The notes under the pieces: generated by a model
The model's database searches: none
What the model was told of the DNA's origin: nothing
Seen by the model: only the letters and a program-made list of their open reading frames with translations
NCBI RefSeq assembly: GCF_001194135.2
Contig: NC_068988.1
Span: forward strand, 18,353,381-18,411,909
From: Octopus bimaculoides
Taxonomy: Eukaryota
DNA: 58,529 nucleotides
Reading direction: 5' to 3'
Shown: piece after piece, positions 1 through 12,902 of the stretch
Layout: every line of letters starts with the position of its first letter
How positions within the stretch are numbered: position 1 is the stretch's first letter
Program-made: the position numbers and the translations under genes

Positions 1-289
1 GTATATGCATATCTATGTATGTTTAGATATATGTGTCTGTGTGTGTGTGTGTGTAAATATATATATATACATATATATATATACATATATATGAATGTGT
101 GTATGTAAATAAATTGATTTGATAAGAGAAGTGAAGTGCAAGAATAGATGTTTCATGAACCCATAAATACAATTATGCTGTGGCATAACAAAAAGACTTC
201 AGTTCGGAACATTTCATGACAAGTTCAAACATACGTATTCTTATAAGTCGATATCTATATCTATCTATTTATGTATGTATATATAAAAA

Positions 290-857
290 GGAGACCACTA
301 GGTGGACTGTTAATGTGCTAGAAGAAGATCACATGTAATGTGTCTACTAAGACCGAATTGTTCTCAAAGGAAATTTAGCGAAGTAACAAAAACGTATGCG
401 GGTAAGACAAGTGAAAATTACATAAATATATACAGTTATCTGTAAACTGGTTTCGAAATTAACATTTTCTTACCGAAAATATCTGTTTCTCATGAGTACA
501 GACCGCTAAATAAATATAATTCTCAGAATCGTATACTAGTTGTTCCCCACGAATGGAGCATGTGTACACGGTTTTGTTAATTATATTTATGGTAAGATTC
601 AAAAGTCTTCGTACGTATGTATGTATGTTATCAATCAGTTTCATTTCTGTATTTCTTGTCCATAGAGAAAGAGCCGGACTCGGCTCCTTCATTGGAACTT
701 TTATCAACATCATCTAGGTATTTGTGCATATGTGTGTGTGTGCAGTATTTGGTGTTAGTGTATGCGCAGATTTGTATGTTTGTTTTATGGATGCGTTTTT
801 ATGTCTAGATGCATGCATATGTATTTATGTATGTATGTATGTATGTATGTATGTATA

Positions 858-898
<41 letters not shown>

Positions 899-970
899 GT
901 CTATCTATTTATGTATCTATTTATCTCCATAATATGTGTATGTATGTGAGTATGTGAGTGTGTGTGTATG

Positions 971-1020
<50 letters not shown>

Positions 1021-1560
1021 CATACACACACACACACACACACTCACACACATGTATATATTCAGTTTTAAATTTGGTGCCAGTCTCCGTGATAATGTAT
1101 TCTTTCTGCAAGTTTCTGATTATGGATGGAGTCAATAGATTTACAGGCATTTGTAGATAAAATATTCAATTCAACTTCATTTTATTTTGTTTTTATTTTT
1201 TTCTATTCAATTCTAATTTATCTCCCACCAATATTTTCACTTGTTGATACCAGTTTGGATATCAGTCATACTCTGCCACCTACAGTTTCTGATTGATCAG
1301 TTATACTCCCACACACTTTAATATTGAACCATTGGTATTCCTACTTTGAATATTCGTATGTTATTGAGTTTACCAGACTAGCAACACATCTAATATTAAC
1401 CAGGATATGGTTCTCTGATGATTTGGGAGGCTATTGTACTGTGATATACAGCATAATCTTATAGATGTTGTATGTCTTACATATGATGATCTGTCACAAT
1501 ATGATCCCTAAATGGAACATTGCAACAAGACTATATAATCAATGTGCCTATTTGTTTATT
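290..1560 (-). mobile_element. Decayed Penelope-like retroelement 3' portion (GIY-YIG endonuclease remnant plus terminal repeat), split by microsatellites
   Basis: Minus-strand translation gives PPKSSENHILVNIR (cf. PLE 'PPNLRNILVR'), NLLTPSIIRNLQKEYIITETGTKFKT (cf. GIY-YIG 'NLIY.I.C..C...YIGETG..L.T') and RNTEMKLIDN...LLN (cf. C-terminal 'R..E..LI.....LN'). A hammerhead-like motif follows at 438-503. There are many stops and frameshifts, and the boundaries are approximate. Confidence 0.6.
438..503 (-). ncRNA. Degenerate minimal type-I hammerhead ribozyme motif (G5C)
   Basis: Minus strand reads GUCUGUA-CUCAUGA-[GAAA..AUAUUUUC/GAAAAUGU..UUUC stem II]-GAAA-CCAG-UU-UACAGAU. Stem I is 7 bp. The core is CUCAUGA instead of CUGAUGA, and helix III ACCAGU looks like a decayed palindrome ACCGGU. 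Confidence 0.55.
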
Positions 1561-1654
1561 AATACATATGTATGTATGTATGTATGTCTCCTTCCATTAA
1601 GAAACCAAGGCTGCGCTTTAAGCACTGTGTCAAGTCCTCATTAAAGGCCTGTGA

Positions 1655-1800
1655 TATGCAGGACACTGACTGGGAGAACAATGCCTATCATCGCCAGGAT
1701 TGTTGAGAAGAAGGGCATCTGGTTGTAGAACATTTACCTCAATAAATTCCATCCCACCCATACAAGCATGGAAAAGCACATTAAGATGATGACGATGACG
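1655..1800 (+). mobile_element. Degenerate RTE-type 3' tail (family D-related)
   Basis: gaagggcatctgg...cccatacaagcatggaaaagcacattaagatgatgacgatgacg resembles the family D tail. Confidence 0.5.
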
Positions 1801-1817
1801 ACATCTTTAAATTATTA

Positions 1818-2224
1818 TAGGCGCAGGAGTGGCTGTGTGGTAAGTAGCTTGCTTACCAACCACATGGTTCCGGGTTCAGTCCCACTGCATGGCACCTTGG
1901 GCAAGTGTCTTCTACTATAGCCTTGGGCCGACCAAAGCCTTGTGAGTGGATTTGGTAGATGGAAACTAAAAGAAGCCCGTTGTATATATGTATATGTGTA
2001 TATGTGTGGTTGTGTGCCTGTGTTTGTCCCCCCAACATCGCTTGACAACCGATGGTGGTGTGTTTACGTCCCCGTAACTTAGCGGTTCAGCAAAAGATGC
2101 CGATAGATTAAGTACTAGGCTTACAAAGAATAAGCCCTGGGGTCGATTCGTTCGACTAAAGACGATGCTCCAGCATGGCCACAGTCAAATGACTGAAATG
2201 AGTAAAAGAGAGTAAAAGAGTAAA
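1818..2224 (+). mobile_element. tRNA-derived SINE, family A (CORE-like segment, internal TA/TG tract, AAAGAGT tail), full length
   Basis: Pol III A/B-box-like head (TGGCTGTGTGG...GGTTCAGTCCC) and a CORE-like GGCACCTTGGGCAAGTGTC segment. It is near-identical to 50351-50760. Fragments occur at about 18660-18810(-), 23590-23680(+), 37470-37600(-), 44690-44880(-), 45390-45530(-) and 48076-48170(-). Confidence 0.9.
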
Positions 2225-2620
2225 GGGTATTGTAATTACAAGGTTATCATTTTAATTACAAAGTAATTCCTAGAAAGACATTCCTTAAAATTTACACCAA
2301 TTCAATTTTAGATAATGTAATCTAACTCCTTATATTCCTTTCACTTTGTCTTGTTCTTATGTCCTTTTCCTTTTACAATAAACTAAACAGACACAGCATA
2401 TACAAATTAGCCCCTTTAGTATATATCATGCATTCAAATTTCAACTTTTTAGCAACCAATTCTGAAAATTAGTTATCAGTTCCCTTATTGAATTTTCTTT
2501 CAAAAATAAAGAGAGTAGATTTTAGTCTATCATTTTCCATCTCACTCCCATCTTGTATATCTGTGCATGTGTGAGTGTGTGTCTCTATCTATCTATTTAT
2601 CTATCTATCTTTCAATATAG

Positions 2621-2663
<43 letters not shown>

Positions 2664-3148
2664 TATGTATGTATATATGTATTTATNNNNNNNNNNNNNN
2701 NNNNNNNNNNNNNNNNNNNNNNNNNNNNNNNNNNNNNNNNNNNNNNNNNNNNNNNNNNNNNNNNNNNNNNNNNNNNNNNNNNNNNNNNNNNNNNNNNNNN
2801 NNNNNNNNNNNNNNNNNNNNNNNNNNNNNNNNNNNNNNNNNNNNNNNNNNNNNNNNNNNNNNNNNNNNNNNNNNNNNNNNNNNNNNNNNNNNNNNNNNNN
2901 NNNNNNNNNNNNNNNNNNNNNNNNNNNNNNNNNNNNNNNNNNNNNNNNNTATATATAAGTATATGCATATATATGTACATGTATGTACTTACCTTCATCT
3001 ACATGTATATATAGATGCATATCTGGGTACATGACGTTGCAAAAAAACATGGACAAAATGATAAACAGGGTATAGAAAACACACAGACCACATAGAGAGC
3101 ATTTCCTTCATCAGCTGCCACCATTATAACACTGGCGTTTCAAAGAGT

Positions 3149-3150
<2 letters not shown>

Positions 3151-3227
<77 letters not shown>
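3151..3227. repeat. (TG)n microsatellite
   Basis: Direct reading of the sequence. Confidence 0.98.
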
Positions 3228-3230
<3 letters not shown>

Positions 3231-6200
3231 GATATATATATAATTATGCAAGTATACATGTATGCATCAATGTGTGTGTGTGTGTGTGTAAGCCCATACC
3301 AATTCTAATTCAAATGTACCCTCATATTTTAAGAACTGTAATAGAGCAAAACAAATATATATTTGTCAACACAGATGTACGTGTGTGTGCATTCATGTGT
3401 GTGTGTGGGTGCATGCATGTGTATGTATAAGCAAATGAGTGTATGTGAGTGTATGCTCATTATATTCCTCATAGATGAGTTAGATGAACAAATTTCACAT
3501 TTTATACTTTATCTTAAACAGGAAAAAAATCTAACTTATTTAAATATTCTAACCATACATTTGATTTCTATATTGGATAATAGAGTCTCTTTAGCAACCT
3601 GTAAAATATTTGCCTTTCACATTTCCATTTCATAAACACATTAACTATTATATCTATAACATTATTTAAATAAATTGATATTACATCCACATACTTTTTT
3701 ACTTGGATTATATTTGTTCCTTAGTATTTTGTTTTTAAACGTATTTATTTTTCTTTTTAAACATATAAGACATTTACATTTTTATCTATACACATATATC
3801 AATCCATATGAATTTATTGTATATATAAATGCATTTGTATACATGATATATACACATACATGGATATTTATACATGTATATTTACATGTACATTTGAGTT
3901 TATGTGTATATATATAAATGTGTTTGTGTGTGTGTGCATATGTATGTATACACATATATGTAGGTATGTAAGTGTGTGTGTATTTATATATATATATTTA
4001 TACATAAATATATATATATATATATATATANNNNNNNNNNNNNNNNNNNNNNNNNNNNNNNNNNNNNNNNNNNNNNNNNNNNNNNNNNNNNNNNNNNNNN
4101 NNNNTATATACACATGCATATATATTATATATTCCATTTTGCAGTTTTATGAATAACTAACATGTGCTTTCTTTCATTATTTGATACACAATTTTTATTA
4201 GATATATAACATATAGTTCATATTAGTTTTTTTTTAAATATATACCAATATAAATCATTAGAATATTAAATGAATATAATTTGTAGTATAGACATATTAA
4301 TTATTATAGAAATGTACATTTCTCAAAGTATTATTAATTATGCTCCTTATGGTGCTGAAATTAAGGAATCATTACTAAATGAAATACTTTTTAACAATGA
4401 TTAAAATGTTGGGGTCAATAATCTTTTGCTGATAGAATTTTATGTCAAATTTTGAAATAGTCCTGAAACTATGATGGCCATGTAACCATATAATTTTACA
4501 TCAAAAGAAATTGATTGTTTTGTAATGTATCTAGGTTGAACAATTATATATTTAAAAAATAGCAAAAAATCCTTTTTCAAAAGAATGAAAGATAAAGATT
4601 AAAACAACTTTTCAGTTTTCATTATCAACTTCAAACTTCTTATTTAGTGCTATGCTTAATTAATTTAAACCCTCATTCTCCATAGCTTATATTTCTGATT
4701 GTATGGTTGTTGATGCTAATTTAATATTTATCTCAGTGTCAAGAAAATGTTCCATTCATATACCATATGCTTTAAGAAAAAAAATAATATCAAAAAATTA
4801 TTTTTGTTTGTATTCGCTTCAATTTTTTATCATAATTGTGTTTTGGCTTTGCCTGTATCTTTTTTAAACCCCTTTTCACTGACAAGAGCAATGATGGGAT
4901 TTAATTAGTATTGTTAATGTTCAAGTTGTTCAGCTTCTATTTGTCTTAACATTGATAATTTTAGTATAAACTAAATCAAATAAGTGTCAGACATTGTTAA
5001 TATGAAGAACCAGTCCCAAGTTATTAAACTGTAGACCTCATTACATCATGTTGAGTTTTACATGCTGATTTTATCATTTATTTTTTAAATTAGTCAGAGC
5101 AAAAACACCACCATGTGATGTTGGCTGTAAGTTGATAAGTTAAGCAGAAATAAATTGTATATCTTTATAAATACTCTGTTCAAATTAATTAATATAGAAC
5201 ATGTGAATCTTTCTTTTTTAAACCATGGTAACCTAATGCAAGAGAAAATTCTAGACAGCAGTATAGTTAGTTGTGATTAAAATATTCTTGTTGACTGTAA
5301 ACCAAAATGCTTCCTCTCACATTAAAGCCAAAGAGATTGTAACTGACTGCAAAGTATTTGTATTCAGCCAAACAGCCTTGAAAGAATTAATTCCAATCAG
5401 ATTATTTACATTAGTTAGCTAACTCTTTAGAAAATTTATTTGAGATTGAGAAAATAATCTTTGCTGTATTAGATCAGAACTTTGAAGGTATTCTTTGGTG
5501 TGCTTTTAAAAAACAAAACTAAATTGCATCTAATGGGAAAATATCATTTATCCACCAAATTATAATATTTGGAATTCATGTGGAAATAAAACCACTATAG
5601 TGAATAATTTATGATAGTATATCTTCAAGTTTTAATTCCATTGTGTCTGAGTAAGCAGACATCAACAGAGTAAGAATAGATACCATTTGTGTTTTAAATT
5701 GTTCTTGCTAAACGTTTTCAATGAAGGTCTAAAAGAAAAACAAACAAAGTTACAGCAGAAACCAGAATGGTCATGAAACTGTAAAACTACACCCAAAGAA
5801 AACATTTATTTTGAAATGTATCCCATCTGAACAATTATATATTCAAAAAAATATCAGCAGAGAATCTCTTTTCAAAAGAAAGATAGATAAGAATTAAAAT
5901 ATGTCTTCAGTTCTCAGTAATTGTCATGTATCAATAATGTGTTCTGCAGGAACCAGTTCCATAGATACATAGAACTATATATAGATTTGTGTAGAATTTG
6001 ACGTAGTTTCAGGATTAGATAGCAACAAAGACAAAATTCTGAGCTCATTTTTAGAAAATTGTCTTTGTATGTGATGTAATTTTATTTCCTATTTATCTTA
6101 TTTTTATGTTAAGTTAGTCTCAGCATCTTCAAAAGTAATAAGTCTTTTATTATTGTTTGCCAATATAAGATCTAAATTTACCCAGAAATTTGTCTCAAAA

Positions 6201-7769
6201 GTTATATAAACAAAACTCGTATACAAAAAAGTATTAAATTGATTTGCTAATGTCATATAATATTTGAAAAACCATCATATTCACTAGAAGGCAGGGAATA
6301 TTGCTGAGTGGGAAGCATCTTAATTTTTGCATTTATGAAAGTCAGAAAAGTTTTGTTTTGTTATGTAACATATAATATTTACCAATACTAAGAGATATAA
6401 TTTGACATGTTTGAAATTTCATGCTTGAAATAAGATACATACCATTGCATTATTTGATCATCATTTCAGTTTTCACTGCACCACAAATGAAGATACTAAC
6501 TCTCTGTTATATTTACTTATTTCAAATCATTTCCATATGTTGCTTTAGAATACTCTGATCTCAAAACTTTGCTAACCTCTTGTTAGAATTTATAGTCTTC
6601 ACAAATATCATTTGTCATTTTCTTTTCTTTTTTTCCCCTGCTTTTACAATATATATAAGTTAACATTATATCCTTAACTTAGTGAATCATTGATTGTATT
6701 GTCCTCTTTCTCCCTTTTGCATCAAACATTTTCTCTATTGTAACTGTCTTCATTTTTCTAATTCCCAGAGAAATGCCATTAAAATTCTGTGGAAGTCAAG
6801 CTATATTTCTAATTTTTTTTTATTCTTGTGGACCATTTTCATTCTGTTTTGAAAATAGGTTATCTATAGGTTAATATGGCAAATACTTTGTGTGAAGGAA
6901 AATGTAGAAATAATAAATAATTGAAGCTAGAGACCATAGAAATTTTCAAAATGTCAAGTTGGAAACCATTAGTTTGGCACAAAACATTAATATATTTACT
7001 TCATAAATGATTGGTGATAATGAACTCCAAACAATGATATTTGGTAAAGTTAAAGAATTCGTATAGTTCTACAAACACTCATACATAGGCTGACATCTGT
7101 TGATTCAAAAATGCTGAATTCTAAATGCTCCTGGATGTTGGAGACAATTAGTTCAGTCTCGTACTTGTCTGGTTTTTGTATTTCTGATGAATCATGAGAT
7201 GTACACTTCTGTTTGCTATGATAAACAGACTCACAAATTCATATACCATTAGTTTGGAGTATATCTTCATATCTTCACATACCAGCAGCACGATATCACT
7301 ACTTTAGTTTATTCTGCTTTAAATAAAAAATATATATTTTTTATTTGGTGCAGGTTATAAGACTTGGTCTCACTTGCAAATCTTGAGTCATTTATACAAA
7401 GCAAATGAAACTCTATATTCAGAATTGTTGTTATTCGGTTTCTGTTATTCCGTGTCTGGTGCACCTTCATCTGTTTTCTGAACACACACTTGTTAGCTTG
7501 CTAAGCTGATATCACTATATTCTTTATATCGCTTTATAATTTTCTGGGGAAAACTGGGAAAGTGTGAATTTTCCTACTGGTCATACATGTTCCAGTTTCA
7601 CATTTCATAATCAAGTTGTTAGATTTTCTCTGTACAAGGTACTGAGCATCATAAAGCCATTGGTACTGAGGCATGATTGGTGATATATGAAACAATGATA
7701 ATCATTCATTTCTATTGTTAGGATAAGGTAATAAAAAAGATTATAGGTGAAGACTAGTTTGTAATCAGT

Positions 7770-8153
7770 TGTTGTTGTTGGCACTCCGTCGCTTACACTG
7801 TTGAGGGTTCCAGTTGATCCGATCAACGGAACAGCCTGCTTGTGAAATTAACGTGCAAGTGGCTGAGCACTCCACAGACACGTGTACCCTTAATGTAGTT
7901 CTCGGGGATATTCAGCGTGACACAGTGTGACAAGGCTGACCCTTTGAATTACAGGCACAACAGAAACAGAAAGAGTGAGAGAAAGTTGTGGTGAAAGAGT
8001 ACAGCAGGGTTCACCACCACTTCCTGCTGGAGCCTCGTGGAGCTTTAGGCGTTTTCACTCAATAAACACACACAACGCCCGGTCTGGGAATCGAAACCGC
8101 GATTCTCCGACTGCAAGTCCACTGCCCTAACCACTGGGCCATTGTGCCTCCAT
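7770..8153 (-). mobile_element. tRNA-derived SINE, family B, full length with 12-bp TSD
   Basis: Reverse complement of the head GGAGGCACAATGGCCCAGTGGTTAGGG...GGTTTCGATTCCCAGACCGGG, with a (CAA)n tail. The TSD TTTGTAATCAGT is at 7758-7769 and 8154-8165. Confidence 0.92.
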
Positions 8154-9558
8154 TTTGTAATCAGTACACCAAGGATATTTTAAAATAGACCATGTGCTGA
8201 AAGCTGGTATTTTGAAGTGCCTTCATAATTCATCTTACTGAAGTTTACATGGTATTGTTGCTTAGTAACCAAACCAGTTCTTTAATTTATGTTAGGGATA
8301 TTTAGACACCTTCCTATCCTGATATGGCCAACATGCTATAGATTACTATAAAAATTGCTATTAAGTAATCATACACTATAGTACAAGTTAGCAACTTCAC
8401 TCACAAAAAGTAATTAATGTGTCTGGATTTTGATCATTATGAACTTGATGCAGTTTGGTGAATAGACTTCTTTTGTTGACAAGAGTGTATATACAATAAT
8501 GGCATGACACAATACCATGCTTCTTTGTAAAAGGTGAAATATTATTTCCAATTTGGACATTAATTTCCTGTCAACAAACATCAATTAAAGCAACTATTTC
8601 TTGCTGCATGTACTTTAGAATTTGATCAGTTTAAGTCATTTTATTGCATTTACCTTTGCAGTCTTGTTGGAAATGGATCAGAGCTTCTCTTAGCAGCAGT
8701 AAGTGTTGAAAGTATGGCACCTGTGTAGGTAAATGTCATCATTAGTGAATCCAGTGAATCGCAAAGTAGTAAAGTTTAATGACTATATTTAGGTTTTTTG
8801 TTTTGTGCCCATGTGATCATTGTCATCATTATCATCTTGTCACCATCATAATCATCATCATCATCATCATCACCATCATCATAGCAGCAGTCATTTTACA
8901 TTCTTTTTCCATGCTGACATGAGTTGGCAAGGTCATCATGGTCAGAGTGAATTCTTATTCAGACTTACTGCATTTATACATGAATCAGAGAGCCACATGT
9001 CACATGTATGTTTCCTTTTTGGCTATCTCCACTTGAATGTCTTTTCTATCCACAAACACTTTATAGAATGTATTGGGTGCATTTTGTTGTGTCAAATCTA
9101 AGGGAAGTCGTTATGTCCTCAACAAGAGTAAACAATTCTTGACAGAGATTACTTCATATATGTATGTAAATCTCATTTTGTATTTTTATCTTCTAAGATC
9201 TTTAGAATTTTTGAAAGAATACTATTTGGTTTCGGTTCTTATCATTGATGCGTATAAAAAGGTTCTAATAATTGCGCTCAGGCTATGAGATAGTTTCTTC
9301 CTTTGCTTATCTGTTATGCTGATAGTTTGGATGTGTTTGGTTTTGGTGCATGATATTTTCTTGGGAAAGTTCATCTCTTTGATGTCTTAATGTTTATATT
9401 AATGCTTCTTTGATTATCCATTCTGATTTTGCTGGTATGTGATTAGCTGCTCTGATAAAAATTAAGTCTAGTTCCTAGAACTTCTATGTGTGTATTGTTT
9501 CAAAAAGCCATAGGAAGGAACATTGCTGGAAATATTATTCTTTATGAGTAAGTAAATA

Positions 9559-9889
9559 CAGTTGTCCCTCAGCTTACATCATTTCAAATTAAATCTCTTT
9601 TGACCTTACATTTTTTTAAAAAATTAACGGAAAAATAAACCTCAACTTCATTTGATTTATTCGTCAGTCTCAGTGAACATATTTAAAATCAACATTTTTT
9701 TTAAAACTCTTAAAAACCAATACTGAACTGGAAAATCAAATAAAATACTTGTGAAAATAATTACAAACCATTTACTAAAACAGAGATAAGCTAATAAATG
9801 GTTTTAATATTTGTCTGTATTAGGTCATTTTTTCTAGTTAAGTTGCATGTCTTGGAACTAGTTACTGGTGTAAGCTGAGGTGTGCTTGC
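9559..9889. mobile_element. pogo/Tigger-like non-autonomous DNA element (MITE)
   Basis: The left end TA-CAGTTGTCCCTCAGCTTACATC and right end GGTGTAAGCTGAGGTGTGCTTG are imperfect inverted repeats. The CAG..CCCTC terminus after TA is typical of pogo/Tigger. Confidence 0.55.
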
Positions 9890-10214
9890 ATCTATAATTA
9901 GATAAATAAACTGCAGTTATGTCAGTTGAGGTTTTGTAAAATGCTTTCTTGTTCTCATTGTGATTGTGGTAGATATGATGTCTATTGTTCCTTTCAGTTC
10001 TAACAGCATTGATTCTCCACAACATGGCTCATTGTTTCCCAGAGAAATATTTTTGATATGGATTCTCCCTTTAGGTCATAGTTTTTGCGATACTAAAATA
10101 CTTGATAAGTGGTTCAGCTAGTGATTTGTTAAGTGGGCTTAATATTATGTAGTGTCTCATATATACTTAATTCTACAAAATCAGATTTAAGTACATTTCT
10201 TAAAGTGCTGTGGT

Positions 10215-10375
10215 TGTAAAGTTAGTTTCAGAACTTGGTGTATTGTCCAGTGGATATAACTACTTATTCAGTCATGTCTGTATATATATTCAGATTTGGC
10301 AAGGACTGAACTGCCAGAGATGATGTGATCAACTGTCTCACTGTGCTGGTTGCACATTCTGCATTTGCTGTTAGG
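10215..10375 (-). mobile_element. R4/Dong-clade non-LTR retrotransposon fragment 2 (CCHC zinc knuckle region)
   Basis: Minus translation is PNSKCRMCNQHSETVDHIISGSSVLAKSEYIYRHD*ISSYIHWTI, matching the 'CRxC...ETxxHIxSGC..LA..EY..RHD....IHW' motif of RLE-type elements. Confidence 0.8.
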
Positions 10376-10900
10376 GCCAACCAACATCAATTATATAACA
10401 CATGTATTTTACCTTGTCCACCACCACTAGGTCTGCCGTTTTGTGCTCTACCACATGGTCTGTTTGGACTGGGAAATCCCACAGGATTTTGTAGGTCTCT
10501 GACTGCACCGGCCTTTTCAGCTTGTGTTCATACTATCTCTTGCTTATCTCTAGACCCCACTTTTCATATAGTCTCCAGTGTATCACTTTCACTACCTCAT
10601 TGTGTCACCACAACTTATAATGGTTTTGGGCAAGTCCAGGACATCCATTCCCGATATTTGCAATGGTTTTGTCAAATCTATCACAGATTTAGCACAGTGG
10701 AGACACTTGCTCAATCCTAAGGATGATTCTCCAATTTATTACCAAAGCTTAGTCTTGCGCTGCCAATATGGTGTTCTCAGTTTATTTTGTTTTTTTTTCA
10801 GTGTTCCTTTCTTCAAACTTATATTTTCCAGCAACTTCAGTTGTTGCTACATGGAATTGATTGAGTAGTCCCTTGTTGCATAGTTTCTTCATGTCCTTTT
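10376..10900 (-). mobile_element. R4/Dong-clade non-LTR retrotransposon fragment 1 (pre-CCHC to RLE endonuclease)
   Basis: Minus translation (broken) includes TILAAQD*AL, CPGLAQNHYK, VIHWRLYEKWGL, YEHK and KILWDFPVQTDHVVEHKTADLVVVDKVKYMCYIIDV, the characteristic R4/Dong C-terminus. Confidence 0.85.
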
Positions 10901-10980
10901 AGTACTTCTCATTTTGTTGTAGCAGAGGTGGTACCATGGCCAATGAGATGTATCCGAGGCATTGTTATTGCTAGCAGAAA

Positions 10981-10981
10981 A

Positions 10982-11069
<88 letters not shown>

Positions 11070-11225
11070 CATTATTATTATTATTATCATCACCATTATT
11101 ATTATCATTATTATTATTGTTATCATTATCCTTATTATTATTATCATTATTTTATTATTATTATTATCATTATTATCATTATTATTATTATTATAATAAT
11201 AATAATAATAATTATTATTATTATT
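10981..11225. repeat. Compound (ATT)n/(ATC)/(AAT)n microsatellite
   Basis: Direct reading. It explains the poly-L, poly-Y and poly-I ORFs in the track. Confidence 0.97.
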
Positions 11226-11450
11226 AAGGCATTGAGCTGGTAGAATTGTTAGCACACTGAGGGCAATGCTTAGCAAAATTTTGTATCTTCATGTTCTAAG
11301 TTCAAATTCTGCCAAAGCAGACTTTGCCTTTCATCCTTTCGGGGTCGATAAAATAAGTACAAGTTGAGTACCGGGAGGCGGGGTGTCACTGTAATTGGCT
11401 ATCCCCTTTCCCCAAAAGTTTCAGGCCATGTGCCTATAGCAAAAAGGATT
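11226..11450 (+). mobile_element. tRNA-derived SINE, family C (~215 bp)
   Basis: GAGCTGGTAGAA...GTTCAAATT...CTTTGCCTTTCATCCTTTCGGGGTCGATAAAATAAGTAC, followed by an (ATT)n tail. Homologous to 17023-17445, 42468-42680 and 47340-47520. Confidence 0.85.
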
Positions 11451-11458
11451 ATTATTAC

Positions 11459-11495
<37 letters not shown>

Positions 11496-12756
11496 TAGTT
11501 TCTCAACATTCCCAGATATGACTATGACTGACACATTTTTCATTTCATTTCATTTCAAAGTTTCAGCTCAGAGCTGCGGCCATGCTGATGCACCACCTTT
11601 TTTTTTATCTCATGACACAACATACCTTTTCTTTTATTATATCCAGTTAGACAACAAATTTAGAATTAAATTTTTCTAAATATCATACAAGTTTGGTTGC
11701 AAGTGCATTTAGATAAATAAAAATTTTTGATTTAATAAAACATTTATTAAATTTATAAACAATTTGTTTTTTTTTTTAAACTATGATTAGATGTCTTTGC
11801 TTTCGTTTTTTACTGCTTTCCAATAGTTTCATATTTTACTTGAACCAATATTCTTTAGTGTTAAACTTTGCGAAACACACATAATTTTCATTTTCATTTA
11901 AATAGAATTTTCCTTGAACATATTAGGATTCCTATAGCTATATAATGTATACCATCGTATATTTTGTATTTAAAAAAAAAAGTGTGTATAATGTTCTGAC
12001 AAGCTTCACTTCCTCTAAGATAATTTTATAAACAATTGATTCACTTGCAATAAATACTGTTAGTATAAACAACATTTAGTTTAGGGGGTCTTATTTCAAT
12101 AGAAATTTAATTTGAGCTAACTTACGTATTGTTTATTTTGCACACATATCTAAAATTCATTTTGATAGAACAACCAAAATGTTTGTAATTATCCAAATAT
12201 TATATGACATAGAAAACAGTGATTTTTATTGCTTGTTTCTTTTTAGACTTTGAGAGGTGGGGTTGTTTTAATTTTTTTTTTTTTTTTTTTTTGCATTCTT
12301 TAAGCCTTGGCATACTGCAGTATCAGATTATGAGAGCTAAGATAACAAATTCAGTTCTGTCTTATTGCTAGGGTTTCTACAACCATACAAGTAGTTAGTT
12401 CAGTTATTGACTTAGATTCTGAATATTTATCTCCATTTAAGCATTCATATAAGGTAATATGCTCACAAAAATAATAATATCCTCACAAAACATTCCTATT
12501 TTTATCTTCAAAGCTAATATATTTATGACTTTATATGTATTGCTTTAAGTAGATGAAGGTATCACTGTGACGTTTAGAAGTTCGTTTCACAAACATGTTT
12601 CCAGGTTCAATCCTGTGAAGAAGAACCTTGGGTTGGTATCTGGTACCATAATAGCCTCATATCAAACAAAAGCCTTGGCAGTAAAGTTTGATAGATGATA
12701 ACTATGTGAAAGAATGCTCTTTTTCACTTACTCTTTCTCCCTTTCCCTCTCCCTCC

Positions 12757-12794
<38 letters not shown>

Positions 12795-12902
12795 CTCAAA
12801 TAATATATATATACACTCACATGCACATATGCATACATATACGTATATGTATATGAGCATATGGTGATGTGCATGGATGCATCTATACATACATATATAT
12901 AT

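Noticed and set aside
527-1160. Three plus-strand exon-like segments (527-591, 666-717, 1066 onward) that splice into a short ORF
   Set aside because: They are antisense to a Penelope-like GIY-YIG remnant and terminal repeat, and the product is not a recognisable protein.
2990-3150. GAAAC...CUGAUGA on the minus strand suggesting a type-II hammerhead
   Set aside because: Stem I cannot close (A...G) and stem II pairing is poor. It is probably an interspersed repeat or PLE-related fragment, but not a supportable ribozyme.
7180-7245. CUGAUGA followed by an AUCAU/AUGAU stem
   Set aside because: G12 is missing and there is no GUH or helix III downstream.
10928-11276. ORFs with poly-L, poly-Y or poly-I, and the many CVCV/YIYI or X-filled ORFs elsewhere
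   Set aside because: They are translations of microsatellites and N-gaps.
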